Shown: piece by piece, positions 1-7,913 of the stretch
Numbering within the stretch: the first letter of the stretch is position 1
Layout: every line of letters begins with the position of its first letter
Assembly (NCBI GenBank): GCA_035294725.1
Contig: DATGKK010000125.1
Location: forward strand, 502-64,501
Reading direction: 5' to 3'
Length of the DNA: 64,000 nt
Source: Acidimicrobiales bacterium
GTDB lineage: Bacteria; Actinomycetota; Acidimicrobiia; Acidimicrobiales; Bog-793
Program-made: the position numbers and the translations under genes
The notes under the pieces: model-generated
The model's input: the letters and a program-made list of their open reading frames with translations, nothing else
The model's database searches: none
What the model was told of the DNA's origin: nothing

Positions 1-125
1 CGGACGCCGCCGTCCGCGAGGGCGCCGAGGACGGCCTCCGAGGCGAGATCGACGAGATCCTTGTCGGGGTGCTTGCCGAACTTGGTCATGTAGATGCCGA
101 GGATCCAGATGTCGTCACTGGCCAT
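1..125 (-). CDS. thiolase-like (SCP-x / lipid-transfer type) acyltransferase, N-terminal fragment; gene runs off the window start
   Basis: Hand translation from ATG at 125-123 gives MASDDIWILGIYMTKFGKHPDKDLVDLASEAVLGALADGGV. This N-terminus is typical of the thiolase-like partner found downstream of DUF35 genes. It overlaps the DUF35 stop by 11 nt. Confidence 0.55.
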   Translation of the reverse strand, partial: MASDDIWILGIYMTKFGKHPDKDLVDLASEAVLGALADGGV

Positions 126-528
126 TGCTCGCTCCTTCCACCGGCTCGAAGCCGTAGCCGATCGCCTCCGTGCCGGCTCCGTCGACTCCCACGAGCTGCG
201 TGGTGAGCCGCACCTTCATTCCCGTCAGCACGTGGGCGGGGTCGGGCGGCACGTTGACCAGGTTGCCCCGGACGCTCGTGCCGTCGCAGTCGACGACGGC
301 CGCGACGAACGGCGTCGGGATGCCCGGGGCGGCGAGCGAGACGATCGTGAAGGCTCTTACCTCACCTTCGGTCGCCACCTCCACGTCGTGGAAGGCGGTC
401 GCGCTGCAGGCCGCGCAAGCGTTGCGGTGGTCGAAGAAGCGGGCGCCGCAGCTCATGCACTCGTGCGCGACCAGGTGGGGCTCCGGCTCGAGCACGAGGT
501 AGTCGACGAAGGCGATCCGCTCAAGCAC
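115..528 (-). CDS. DUF35 Zn-ribbon / OB-fold protein (acyl-CoA-associated)
   Basis: 137-aa ORF with a CxxC...CxxC zinc ribbon (CMSCGARFFDHRNACAAC) followed by an OB-fold-like C-terminus. Classic pairing with the downstream thiolase-like gene. Confidence 0.8.
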   Translation of the reverse strand: MLERIAFVDYLVLEPEPHLVAHECMSCGARFFDHRNACAACSATAFHDVEVATEGEVRAFTIVSLAAPGIPTPFVAAVVDCDGTSVRGNLVNVPPDPAHVLTGMKVRLTTQLVGVDGAGTEAIGYGFEPVEGASNGQ

Positions 529-603
529 CTCAAGTCCCCCTGTCCGGGCTCGACCCTACTGCGCGCCGTCCGCCCACGCCCGGCGCCCTCGCGGTCGTGA
601 GCG

Positions 604-2304
604 TCACGCCGTCTGCACCGAGGCGGCCCCGCAGAGGCCGAGCTCGGCGATGCTGACTTCTCGCATCTCGACCTTGCGGACCTTACCGGTCACCGTCATC
701 GGAAAGGCGTCGACGACCTTTACGTAGCGGGGGATCTTGTGGTGCGCGATCTTGCCTGTGCAGTACTCCCGCAGCGCCTCGGCGGTGATCGGCGCCCGAC
801 CCTCCCGCATCCGGATCCAGGCCATCAGCTCCTCGCCGTAGCGCTCGTCGGGGACGCCGATCACCTGCACGTCCTCGATGTCGGGGTGGCCATAGAGGAA
901 CTCCTCGATCTCGCGGGGGTAGATGTTCTCCCCGCCCCGGATCACGAGGTCCTTGATCCTGCCGACGATGTTGACGTACCCGTCCTCACCCATCACGCCA
1001 AGGTCGCCGGTGTGCATCCAACGGGCCGGGTCGATGGCCTCGGCGGTCTTGTCGGGCTCCTCCCAGTAGCCGAGCATCACCGAGTAGCCGCGGGTGCAGA
1101 TCTCCCCGGGCGTTCCCTCGGGCACCACGCGGCCGCTCGCCGGGTCGACGACCTTCACCTCGATGTGGGGGAGGGGTCGACCGACCGTGGCAGTGCGGCG
1201 GCCGATGTCGTCGTCGCGGCGGGTCTGAGTCGACACGGGCGAGGTCTCCGTCATGCCATAAGAGATCGCCACCTCGCTCATGTGCATCTCGGTCATCACG
1301 CGCTTCATGACCTCGATCGGGCAGGGTGAGCCGGCCATGATGCCGGTGCGAAGCGAGGACAGGTCGTAGCGGTCGAAGTCGGGCAGGGCCAGCTCGGAGA
1401 TGAACATGGTCGGCACGCCGTACAACGACGTGCACCGCTCCTCGGCCACGGCGGTGAGCGTGGCGCCGGGGTCGAACAGGGGAGCGGGGATGACGATGGT
1501 GGCACCGTGGGACGTGCAGCCGAGGTTGCCCATGACCATCCCGAAGCAGTGGTAGAAGGGCACGGGAAGGCAGACCCGGTCCGCCTCGGTGTAGCCGAGG
1601 AGCTCCGTCACGAAATAGCCGTTGTTGAGGATGTTGTGGTGGGAGAGCGTGGCGCCCTTCGGGAAGCCCGTCGTGCCCGAGGTGTACTGGATGTTGATCG
1701 GGTCGTCGAAGGACAGGGTCGCTCCGATCGCCTCGAGCTCCGCGGACTCGATGCTCGCACCGCCGGCGACGAAGGCGTCCCAGCTCTCGTCGCCGATGTA
1801 GACCACGTCCCGGAGCTGGGGTGCCGCCGGCCGCACCTGCTCGACCATCTCGCGGTAGTTGCTCGTCTTGTGCGTGGTGGCGCTCACGAGCAGGGAGGTG
1901 CCCGACTGGCGGAGGACGTACTCGAGCTCCGAGGTGCGGTAGGCCGGGTTGACGTTGACGAGGATCGCCCCCATGAGTGCCGTGCCGTACTGCACGGCTA
2001 CCCACTCGGCGCAGTTCGGGCTCCAGATGCCGACCCGGTCCCCGGGCCGGAGGCCGCGGGCGAGCAGGGCCCGCGCCACCTCGTGCGCCCAGGCGTCGAG
2101 CTCCCGGTAGCTCCATCGCCGCCCGCTCGCGCGCTCGACGAGGGCCTCGTGCTCAGGCAGCCGAGCTGCGGTGGCAGCGAGGTTGTCGCCGATCGTCTCG
2201 CCGAGCAGCGGCACCTCGGACACTCCGTGGCGGTAGGACCATCCCACTGGGACCTCCCTCATTGCAGCGAGCGCGGACAGCGGACTCTCAACAGTCTGCT
2301 GCAC
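604..2304 (-). CDS. AMP-dependent acyl-CoA synthetase/ligase
   Basis: 566-aa ORF with the AMP-binding signature [20 protein letters not shown] and the C-terminal GDLG...GRIKD...[10 protein letters not shown] motifs. Confidence 0.9.
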   Translation of the reverse strand: MQQTVESPLSALAAMREVPVGWSYRHGVSEVPLLGETIGDNLAATAARLPEHEALVERASGRRWSYRELDAWAHEVARALLARGLRPGDRVGIWSPNCAEWVAVQYGTALMGAILVNVNPAYRTSELEYVLRQSGTSLLVSATTHKTSNYREMVEQVRPAAPQLRDVVYIGDESWDAFVAGGASIESAELEAIGATLSFDDPINIQYTSGTTGFPKGATLSHHNILNNGYFVTELLGYTEADRVCLPVPFYHCFGMVMGNLGCTSHGATIVIPAPLFDPGATLTAVAEERCTSLYGVPTMFISELALPDFDRYDLSSLRTGIMAGSPCPIEVMKRVMTEMHMSEVAISYGMTETSPVSTQTRRDDDIGRRTATVGRPLPHIEVKVVDPASGRVVPEGTPGEICTRGYSVMLGYWEEPDKTAEAIDPARWMHTGDLGVMGEDGYVNIVGRIKDLVIRGGENIYPREIEEFLYGHPDIEDVQVIGVPDERYGEELMAWIRMREGRAPITAEALREYCTGKIAHHKIPRYVKVVDAFPMTVTGKVRKVEMREVSIAELGLCGAASVQTA

Positions 2305-2391
2305 TCCGGCAGCGCATCGGCAACGGTGCGCCCCTCTCCGCTCGATCGGCGCTCTCCGGTGCCGTGCCGCCCTGCTCGGACGAGAGCCGCC

Positions 2392-3966
2392 TCAGGCGCC
2401 CGCCTCAGGCCCTGTCACGCTCCGTGCGCTGATGTTGCCCTCGATGTGGCTCAGGTCGCGCTCGTCGTGGGGGCGGCCGGGTGGATCGATCTCTGCCCCG
2501 GAGCCGAGGAGGCGGCGGGTGGCCGCTTCGAGATCGTCGGGCGAGACCGCGCCCACGGCCATGACGGTGCCGTCCGAGTCGACGAAGACGTTCGTCGGTA
2601 CACCTCGCACCCCGACGGCGCGCGCGAACTCACCACGCTCGTCGAGCAGGACGGTGCCGTCCACGCCCCACAGCTCGCAGAAGCTGCGTGCCTCGTCGAG
2701 AGCGTTCACGCCCTCCCAGACATTCACGAGGATGATCTCCAGGCCCGACCGGCCGGTGCGTCGGCGCAGGTCCTCGATGACCGGCGCCTCCGCGTTGCAC
2801 GGGCCTCACCAGCTGGCGAAGAAGTTGAGGATGTACTTCTTCTCTGCCCACTCGACCTGGTGGCGAAGTGCCCCGGTGTGCAGATCGGGGAGCGCGAACT
2901 CCGGCAGCGGTCTCCCGACGAGCGGGTGCTCGATCGCTTCGACCCGCGAGGCGGGCGGCCCGGTGAGGTCGTCCTCGACGACCGTGATGGATCCCGTTCC
3001 GGCGTTGGCCACGAGGACGATCCGGGGGTCCTCCGGGTGCACGATGACCCCTCCGGGGGCGGCGCCGACCGCCACCCTCGCCCACTCGAGCCCGTCGCAA
3101 CCGAGGACGCTCATGCTCCCGTCGCCGCGGTTGGCGACGTAGATCCGATCCCCTGACGGCGCCGCCGTGATCCCGACCGGAGCGTTGGGGACGGGGAGCT
3201 CCTCCCGCACGCGATGGTCGTCAAGACCGATCCGTGCGATGGTGCCGGCGAGCGAATTGACGACGAACACCTCGTCACGATCGGGCACGACCACCGCCGC
3301 GCACGGACCCTCGCCCACGACGATCCGGTCGACCGCCTCCATGGCCTCCAGGTCCGCAACGGTCACCGAGCCGGTGACGAAGTTGACGCAGTAGGCCACG
3401 TTCCGTGCCCGATCGACGTCGACGGCGCCCGCGCCGAGCTCGGCCTCCACGGTGCCGAGGCGCTCCAGACGATCCACGTCGACGATGCTGAGTGTCGAGC
3501 CCATCGTGTCGCCGCAGTACAGGCGGCGGCGCTCGACGTCGATGGCGAGCCCGGCCGGATAGGCACCCACGGGGATCGTGGCAGTCACCTCGCCCACGTC
3601 GAGGTCGATGACGGAGACCTGGTTCGACCGGGCGTCCGCGGTGAACGCCCGGCGCGAGACGGGGTCGAGCACGATGTCGATCGGTTCCTGGCCGACCGCG
3701 ATCTCTCCGATCCGCTCGAGCTTCTCGAGGTCGACGACTGCGACGCTCCCCGAGCGCGAGCAGGCGACGTAGGCGCGGTTGGTCGTGCCGTCGACGACGA
3801 CGCCCTCCGGGTCGAGGCCGACCGCGACCTCACCTCTCACGCGGATCGCGGGATCGCTCGAGCCGGTCTCGAGATCGAGCCGGCAGCTCGCGCCGTACTC
3901 GAAGGACCACTCGGTCTGGCCACCCGCCTGCGCGTCCAACGCGGTCGGGCTGTCGTCCTCCAGCAT
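2392..3966 (-). CDS. YVTN-type beta-propeller repeat protein fused to a TlpA/ResA-like thioredoxin-fold domain; in-frame TGA (2806-2808) at the first Cys of W-C-G-P-C, candidate selenocysteine
   Basis: ORFs 2806..4008 and 2392..2727 share one frame and are separated by a single TGA. Read-through gives ...GRPLPEFALPDLHTGALRHQVEWAEKKYILNFFASW[TGA]GPCNAEAPVIEDL...GVRGVPTNVFVDSDG, a complete redoxin domain. The N-terminal half has repeated V/D/G-rich ~40-aa propeller units (NRAYVA, RRAFTA, RRLYCG, NVAYCV, DEVFVV, DRIYVA, PRIVLV). The likely start is ATG 3966 (MLEDD...), preceded by GGGAGAAAGGG. The TTG at 4008 is the ORF-track maximum. Confidence 0.6.
2758..2793 (-). promoter_or_regulatory. SECIS-like mRNA hairpin downstream of the in-frame UGA
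   Basis: The mRNA reads UGA-GGCCCGUGCAAC-GCG GA GGCGC C GGUC [AUCGAG] GACC U GCGCC GA CGC. That is 12 Watson-Crick pairs with one C/U mismatch and a symmetric GA/GA internal loop. The apical loop is 6 nt and contains G. The stem starts 12 nt after UGA. Confidence 0.45.
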
Positions 3967-4088
3967 GCGGCCCTTTCTCCCGGGGGCGCGCGAAGACGGC
4001 GAGCCCAAACGGCGTACAGCGCGGGGCCATTCTTAGCATCTCCCCGCTGGCCCGGACGAGCACCCGTGAGCGGGCTCGGGAGGCCGAC

Positions 4089-5120
4089 TCAGCTCGCGGT
4101 GGCGGTCCCGAAGGTGAGGTTCGCCCGCACGTAGCGCGGGCGGATGATGTTCACGTTCTCGTTGAGCAGCGCCCAGTCCGAGGTGTTCACGTCGTAGGAG
4201 ACGATGATCTGGTGGCCGTTGGTGAGCTCGGGGTGGACGGTCGCGCCGTAGGTGTACACGCTGGTGATCCCGTTCGTGCCGTATGGCAGGGGACCGCCTT
4301 CGGTCCGGTAGAGGAAGGATCCCCGCACGAATGGGCCCATCGGGCGGCAGGCGAAGTAGGCCTTCACCACGTCGGGCAGGTAGCCGCGGGCCATCGTGAC
4401 CAGGACGTAGACGTTGCCGACCATGGTGATGCTGAACTGCGGGCCGGTGACGGTCGAGATGGCGACACCCGCCTGCGGGTCGCTCGTCCAGGCGGATCCG
4501 TCCCAGTACTGCCATGCCCCGAGCAGGTCGGTGTAGGGAGCCCGGGCGAGGTACATCCTCGTTGTGGGGACGATGCCCGGGATCGAGTTGGTCCCGTAGA
4601 TGTACACGTAGGGGCCGTGGTGCATCATCCACACTCCCCACTGGATCGTCGCGTGGAGAACGTCCACCGCCGCGAGCCGCATGCTCGGCAGGTCGTACTT
4701 CGCGATGACGGTTCCGGTTCGCACGAAGCCGAACACCGTCGGCGTCTCGGGGTAGTAGTAGGACGAGTAGGAGACGTAGAGTGCGCCGTCGCTCGCAACG
4801 GCGCCGTTGTTCCAGTAAAAGTGCCGCGAACCCCGCCGAACCCGGTAGTTCATGTACTCGAGCTCCTGCCCGTCCCGGATCCGATGGAGGGCGGTGTAGG
4901 TCGTCCCGTGCTGGATGACGACCATGTTGTGGATCATGTGCGCCACCGGCCTCGTGCCGTTCACGACGGGGTTCGGGTAGCTGTCATCGAACAGCCAGGC
5001 AACGTCACCGCCGGGGAGCGCTGCGGAGACTCCGCCGTCGCCGCCGCTCCAGCCCTCGTTGCTGTTCGCGTACGACCGCATCTGGTTGTCCAGTGCGTAG
5101 TCCGGCCTGGAGCTTGCCAC
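4089..5120 (-). CDS. probable secreted glycosidase-like beta-propeller protein (DUF4185/DUF5005-like; family call unverified)
   Basis: 343-aa ORF from GTG 5120. It is W/Y/G-rich with ...GGDVAWLFDDSY... and repeated aromatic blades. The in-frame upstream extension (5121-5351) encodes an R-rich plus hydrophobic signal-like segment but has no ATG/GTG/TTG, so the true start is uncertain. Confidence 0.55.
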   Translation of the reverse strand: MASSRPDYALDNQMRSYANSNEGWSGGDGGVSAALPGGDVAWLFDDSYPNPVVNGTRPVAHMIHNMVVIQHGTTYTALHRIRDGQELEYMNYRVRRGSRHFYWNNGAVASDGALYVSYSSYYYPETPTVFGFVRTGTVIAKYDLPSMRLAAVDVLHATIQWGVWMMHHGPYVYIYGTNSIPGIVPTTRMYLARAPYTDLLGAWQYWDGSAWTSDPQAGVAISTVTGPQFSITMVGNVYVLVTMARGYLPDVVKAYFACRPMGPFVRGSFLYRTEGGPLPYGTNGITSVYTYGATVHPELTNGHQIIVSYDVNTSDWALLNENVNIIRPRYVRANLTFGTATAS

Positions 5121-5486
5121 CGACGCCTGGGCGAGCTCGTCCGGGCAGGTAGCGGTCGCCGTCGTGGCTGCGGAGACGGTCGCTCCCCGTGTGCCCGGCG
5201 CCGCACCGCCCGTGGTCGCACCGGCCCGGGGCGAGACGGCTCCAGTGGCGGCCGCCGCCAGGACCAGCGCACTGGACGCGACGACCCAGGCGACCCGCCA
5301 CGCCGGCTTGCCCGGAAGGTCGGTGTGCGCGAGACGACGCCGAGCCCTTATGCCCCTACCCCCTGGTGCCGATGGTCCTTCGCAGGTGTGCCGCTGCGTC
5401 GCGGCCAGCCTATCCGAGCGAAGTGAGCGGGAGGGAGCCGGCCCGAGGTGTCGCGGGACCTCGGGCCGGGGCGAGCCGTGGGCGGG

Positions 5487-7061
5487 TCACGTGGCGGGCG
5501 CGGCTACGTCTGCTGGCGCCGCCACGGCTACGTCTGCTGGCGCCGCCACGGCCCGGGAGAGCTCGATCGTGCCATCGTCGACCTGTCGGCCGCGAAGGAG
5601 TCGCAGGTCGAGCAGGTAGTTCTGGTGCAGGCGCCACGGCGTCCGCGTCGCCTGCTTGGGCAGCCGGTCGAGAGAACGCCGGACGTAACCGGAGGTGAGC
5701 CCGATGAACGGTTCGGTGCCCATCCCGGGGTCGGGTGCCCTCGGGATCGCGAGGTCGTAGCCCTGCTCCTCCATGAACTTGAGCAGGCGGCAGACGTACC
5801 GGGCGCCGAGGTCCGCCTTCAAGGTCCACGACGCGTTCGTGTACCCGAAGGTGGATGCCAGGTTCGGCAGGCCCGTGAACATGATCCCCTTGTAGCTGAA
5901 GGTCGCCGAGAGATCGACAGCGTGCCCGTCCACGTCGAGCTCGATGCCGCCCAGGAGCTGAAAGTTGAGGCCCGTGGCCGTGACGACGACCTCGGCCTCC
6001 AGCTCCCCGCCGGAGGCGAGCCGCAGGCCGTGCTCGGTGAAGGCCTCGATCTCGTCGGTCACGACGCTGACCGCCTCTGCCCTGATGGCCTCAAAGAGGT
6101 CGGAGTCCGGGACGAAGCACATCCTCTGGTCCCAGGGGTCGTAGCGCGGGTTGAAGTGGGTGTCGACGTCGTAGCTGGACGGCAGGCTCTTTGCCACCCC
6201 CTTTCGGAGCACCCTCCTCATGAAGCGGGGCGCCCGCTGGCAGATCTGGTAGAGCACGATGGCGGCCAGGATGTTCTTCCAGCGCACCAGCGGGTAGACG
6301 GCGCGAGCCGGGAGGTGTCGACGCAGCAGGGCGGCGAAGGGATCGAGCGTCGGGACCGAGGCAACGTAGGACGGGGACCGCTGGAGCATGGTGACGTGGG
6401 CTGCCTTCTCCGCCATGGCCGGCACCAGAGTGACGGCCGTCGCACCGCTGCCGATCACGACCACCCGCTTGTTCTCGTAGTCGAGGTCCTCGGGCCAGTG
6501 CTGGGGATGGACGATCGTCCCCTCGAAGCGGTCCGCCTCGGGGAGCTCTGGCACATAGCCGGCGTCGTAGCGGTAGTAGCCACAGTTCAGGTAGAGGAAG
6601 GAGCAGGTGAGCTCCGAGCTGCGGCCCGTCGTCTCGTCGGCCACTTCGAGATGCCAGCGCGCTCTCGGGGTGGACCAACTGGCCTTCACGACGCGCTGGC
6701 GGTAGCGGATGTGCCGGTCGAGACCGTAGGCGGCGGCGGTCTCCCGGATGTAGCCGAGGATCGAGGGTCCATCGGCGAGCGTCTTCAGCTCGGTCCAGGG
6801 GTTGAAGGAGTAGCCGAGGGTGAACATGTCGGAGTCCGAGCGGATGCCCGGGTACCGGAACAGGTCCCAGGTGCCGCCCATGGACGCTCGCGCCTCGAGG
6901 ATGACGAAGCTCTTGCCCGGGCAGGCGTTCGAGAGGTGGCAGGCGGCCCCGATCCCCGAGAGGCCGGCACCCACCACGACCACATCGAAGTGCTCGGGCT
7001 CCGCAGAGAGGTAGTGCGGGGCCGTGCGCATGAGGGTAGCCGGCGTCCGCGTCTCGCTCAC
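5487..7061 (-). CDS. flavin-containing / Baeyer-Villiger monooxygenase (class B, EthA-like)
   Basis: 524-aa ORF with two Rossmann motifs (VVVGAGLSGIGAA and VIGSGATAV) and the BVMO fingerprint FEGTIVHPQHWP. Confidence 0.9.
   Translation of the reverse strand: MSETRTPATLMRTAPHYLSAEPEHFDVVVVGAGLSGIGAACHLSNACPGKSFVILEARASMGGTWDLFRYPGIRSDSDMFTLGYSFNPWTELKTLADGPSILGYIRETAAAYGLDRHIRYRQRVVKASWSTPRARWHLEVADETTGRSSELTCSFLYLNCGYYRYDAGYVPELPEADRFEGTIVHPQHWPEDLDYENKRVVVIGSGATAVTLVPAMAEKAAHVTMLQRSPSYVASVPTLDPFAALLRRHLPARAVYPLVRWKNILAAIVLYQICQRAPRFMRRVLRKGVAKSLPSSYDVDTHFNPRYDPWDQRMCFVPDSDLFEAIRAEAVSVVTDEIEAFTEHGLRLASGGELEAEVVVTATGLNFQLLGGIELDVDGHAVDLSATFSYKGIMFTGLPNLASTFGYTNASWTLKADLGARYVCRLLKFMEEQGYDLAIPRAPDPGMGTEPFIGLTSGYVRRSLDRLPKQATRTPWRLHQNYLLDLRLLRGRQVDDGTIELSRAVAAPADVAVAAPADVAAPAT
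5502..5549. repeat. perfect 24-bp x2 tandem duplication inside the 3-prime end of the monooxygenase gene
   Basis: ggctacgtctgctggcgccgccac occurs at 5502-5525 and again at 5526-5549. It encodes the repeated VAAPADVA C-terminal tail. Confidence 0.9.
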
Positions 7062-7136
7062 AGCTCAGTCTCGCGCGCCGGCAGCGCCTGGGACCCAGTC
7101 GGCAGACGGCGGGTCAGCGTGCGAGGATCTGCGCCC

Positions 7137-7913
7137 ATGAGCGCCATCTCTCGCCGCCAGGTGTTGCAACGCGGCAGCTCGGCGTCGCTCGCCGGGCTCG
7201 CCATGCTCCTGCCGCCGGAACTGCTGCGCAGGCCGGGTGAGCGGGCGCCCGCCGCCGCCCGCCGCCGCGTTGCGGGCGAGGAGCACTGGCTGGTCTTCAC
7301 TCGCCACGAGGCGGCCGTGGTGCGGGAGGCGACGGCTCGCCTCATCCCCGGACCCTACGACGACCCCGCAGAGCGGGGTCATCCAGGTGCGAGAGAGGCC
7401 GACGTCGTGCGCTTCATCGACACCATGCTCGGCTGCCTCGACCACTCGCCCCAGAAGGTCTTCGCCGGTGGTCCCTTCTCGAACCGGGCCGGCTGGCCTG
7501 TCGACGACATGGCACAGTTCATCGGCCTCACCTCGAGCCAGGCCTACGGTTGGAGGATCCGGCTCGCGGCCTGGCGGCAGGCGTACCGCGCCGGCGTGGT
7601 GGCCCTCGACGACCTCACCGGGGGCGACTTCACGAGGGCGACGGACACCGAGCGTGACCGCGCCCTGGCTGAGAACCCGAACGGCTTCACGACCCTGTTG
7701 TTCGGACATGCCGTCGACGGGATGTACTCGGTCCCCGAGTACGGCGGCAACAGAGGCCTGGTCGGCTGGAAAGACATCTCCTTCCCGGGCGACGTCCAGC
7801 CGCGCGGCTACACGGCGAGCGAGGTGAGCCGCTCCGACGGTCCCGACCCCTACGACCCGGAAGGCCCAGGGAAGGCCCTCGTCGACCTGATCCGGCTGTC
7901 GAACGAGCGATGA
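7137..7913 (+). CDS. gluconate 2-dehydrogenase subunit 3 family protein (Tat-signal small subunit)
   Basis: This is the real part of ORF 5448..7913 and starts at ATG 7137: MSAISRRQVLQRGSSASLAGLAML (twin-arginine signal). The C-terminal motif is YSVPEYGGNRGLVGWK. An ATGA overlap joins it to the GMC gene. Confidence 0.8.
   Translation: MSAISRRQVLQRGSSASLAGLAMLLPPELLRRPGERAPAAARRRVAGEEHWLVFTRHEAAVVREATARLIPGPYDDPAERGHPGAREADVVRFIDTMLGCLDHSPQKVFAGGPFSNRAGWPVDDMAQFIGLTSSQAYGWRIRLAAWRQAYRAGVVALDDLTGGDFTRATDTERDRALAENPNGFTTLLFGHAVDGMYSVPEYGGNRGLVGWKDISFPGDVQPRGYTASEVSRSDGPDPYDPEGPGKALVDLIRLSNER

Noticed and set aside
2392-2727. Treating 2392..2727 as an independent 111-aa thioredoxin-like gene starting at GTG 2727
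   Set aside because: That start would remove the first beta-strand and the whole CxxC active site, which are encoded in frame just upstream across the TGA. A truncated redoxin would be non-functional. The merged read-through or pseudogene interpretation explains the sequence better.
1507-3156. 549-aa plus-strand ORF (and nested ORFs 1977..2432 and 2432..3142) opposite the acyl-CoA ligase and redoxin genes
   Set aside because: The sequence is Arg/Gly/Ala/Asp/His-rich low complexity with no motifs. It is the mirror image of minus-strand genes that have unambiguous family signatures, which makes it a typical high-GC shadow ORF.
5448-7136. N-terminal 563 codons of the 821-aa plus-strand ORF 5448..7913
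   Set aside because: This part is antisense to the well-supported monooxygenase gene. A recognisable protein begins only at ATG 7137, with a twin-arginine signal.
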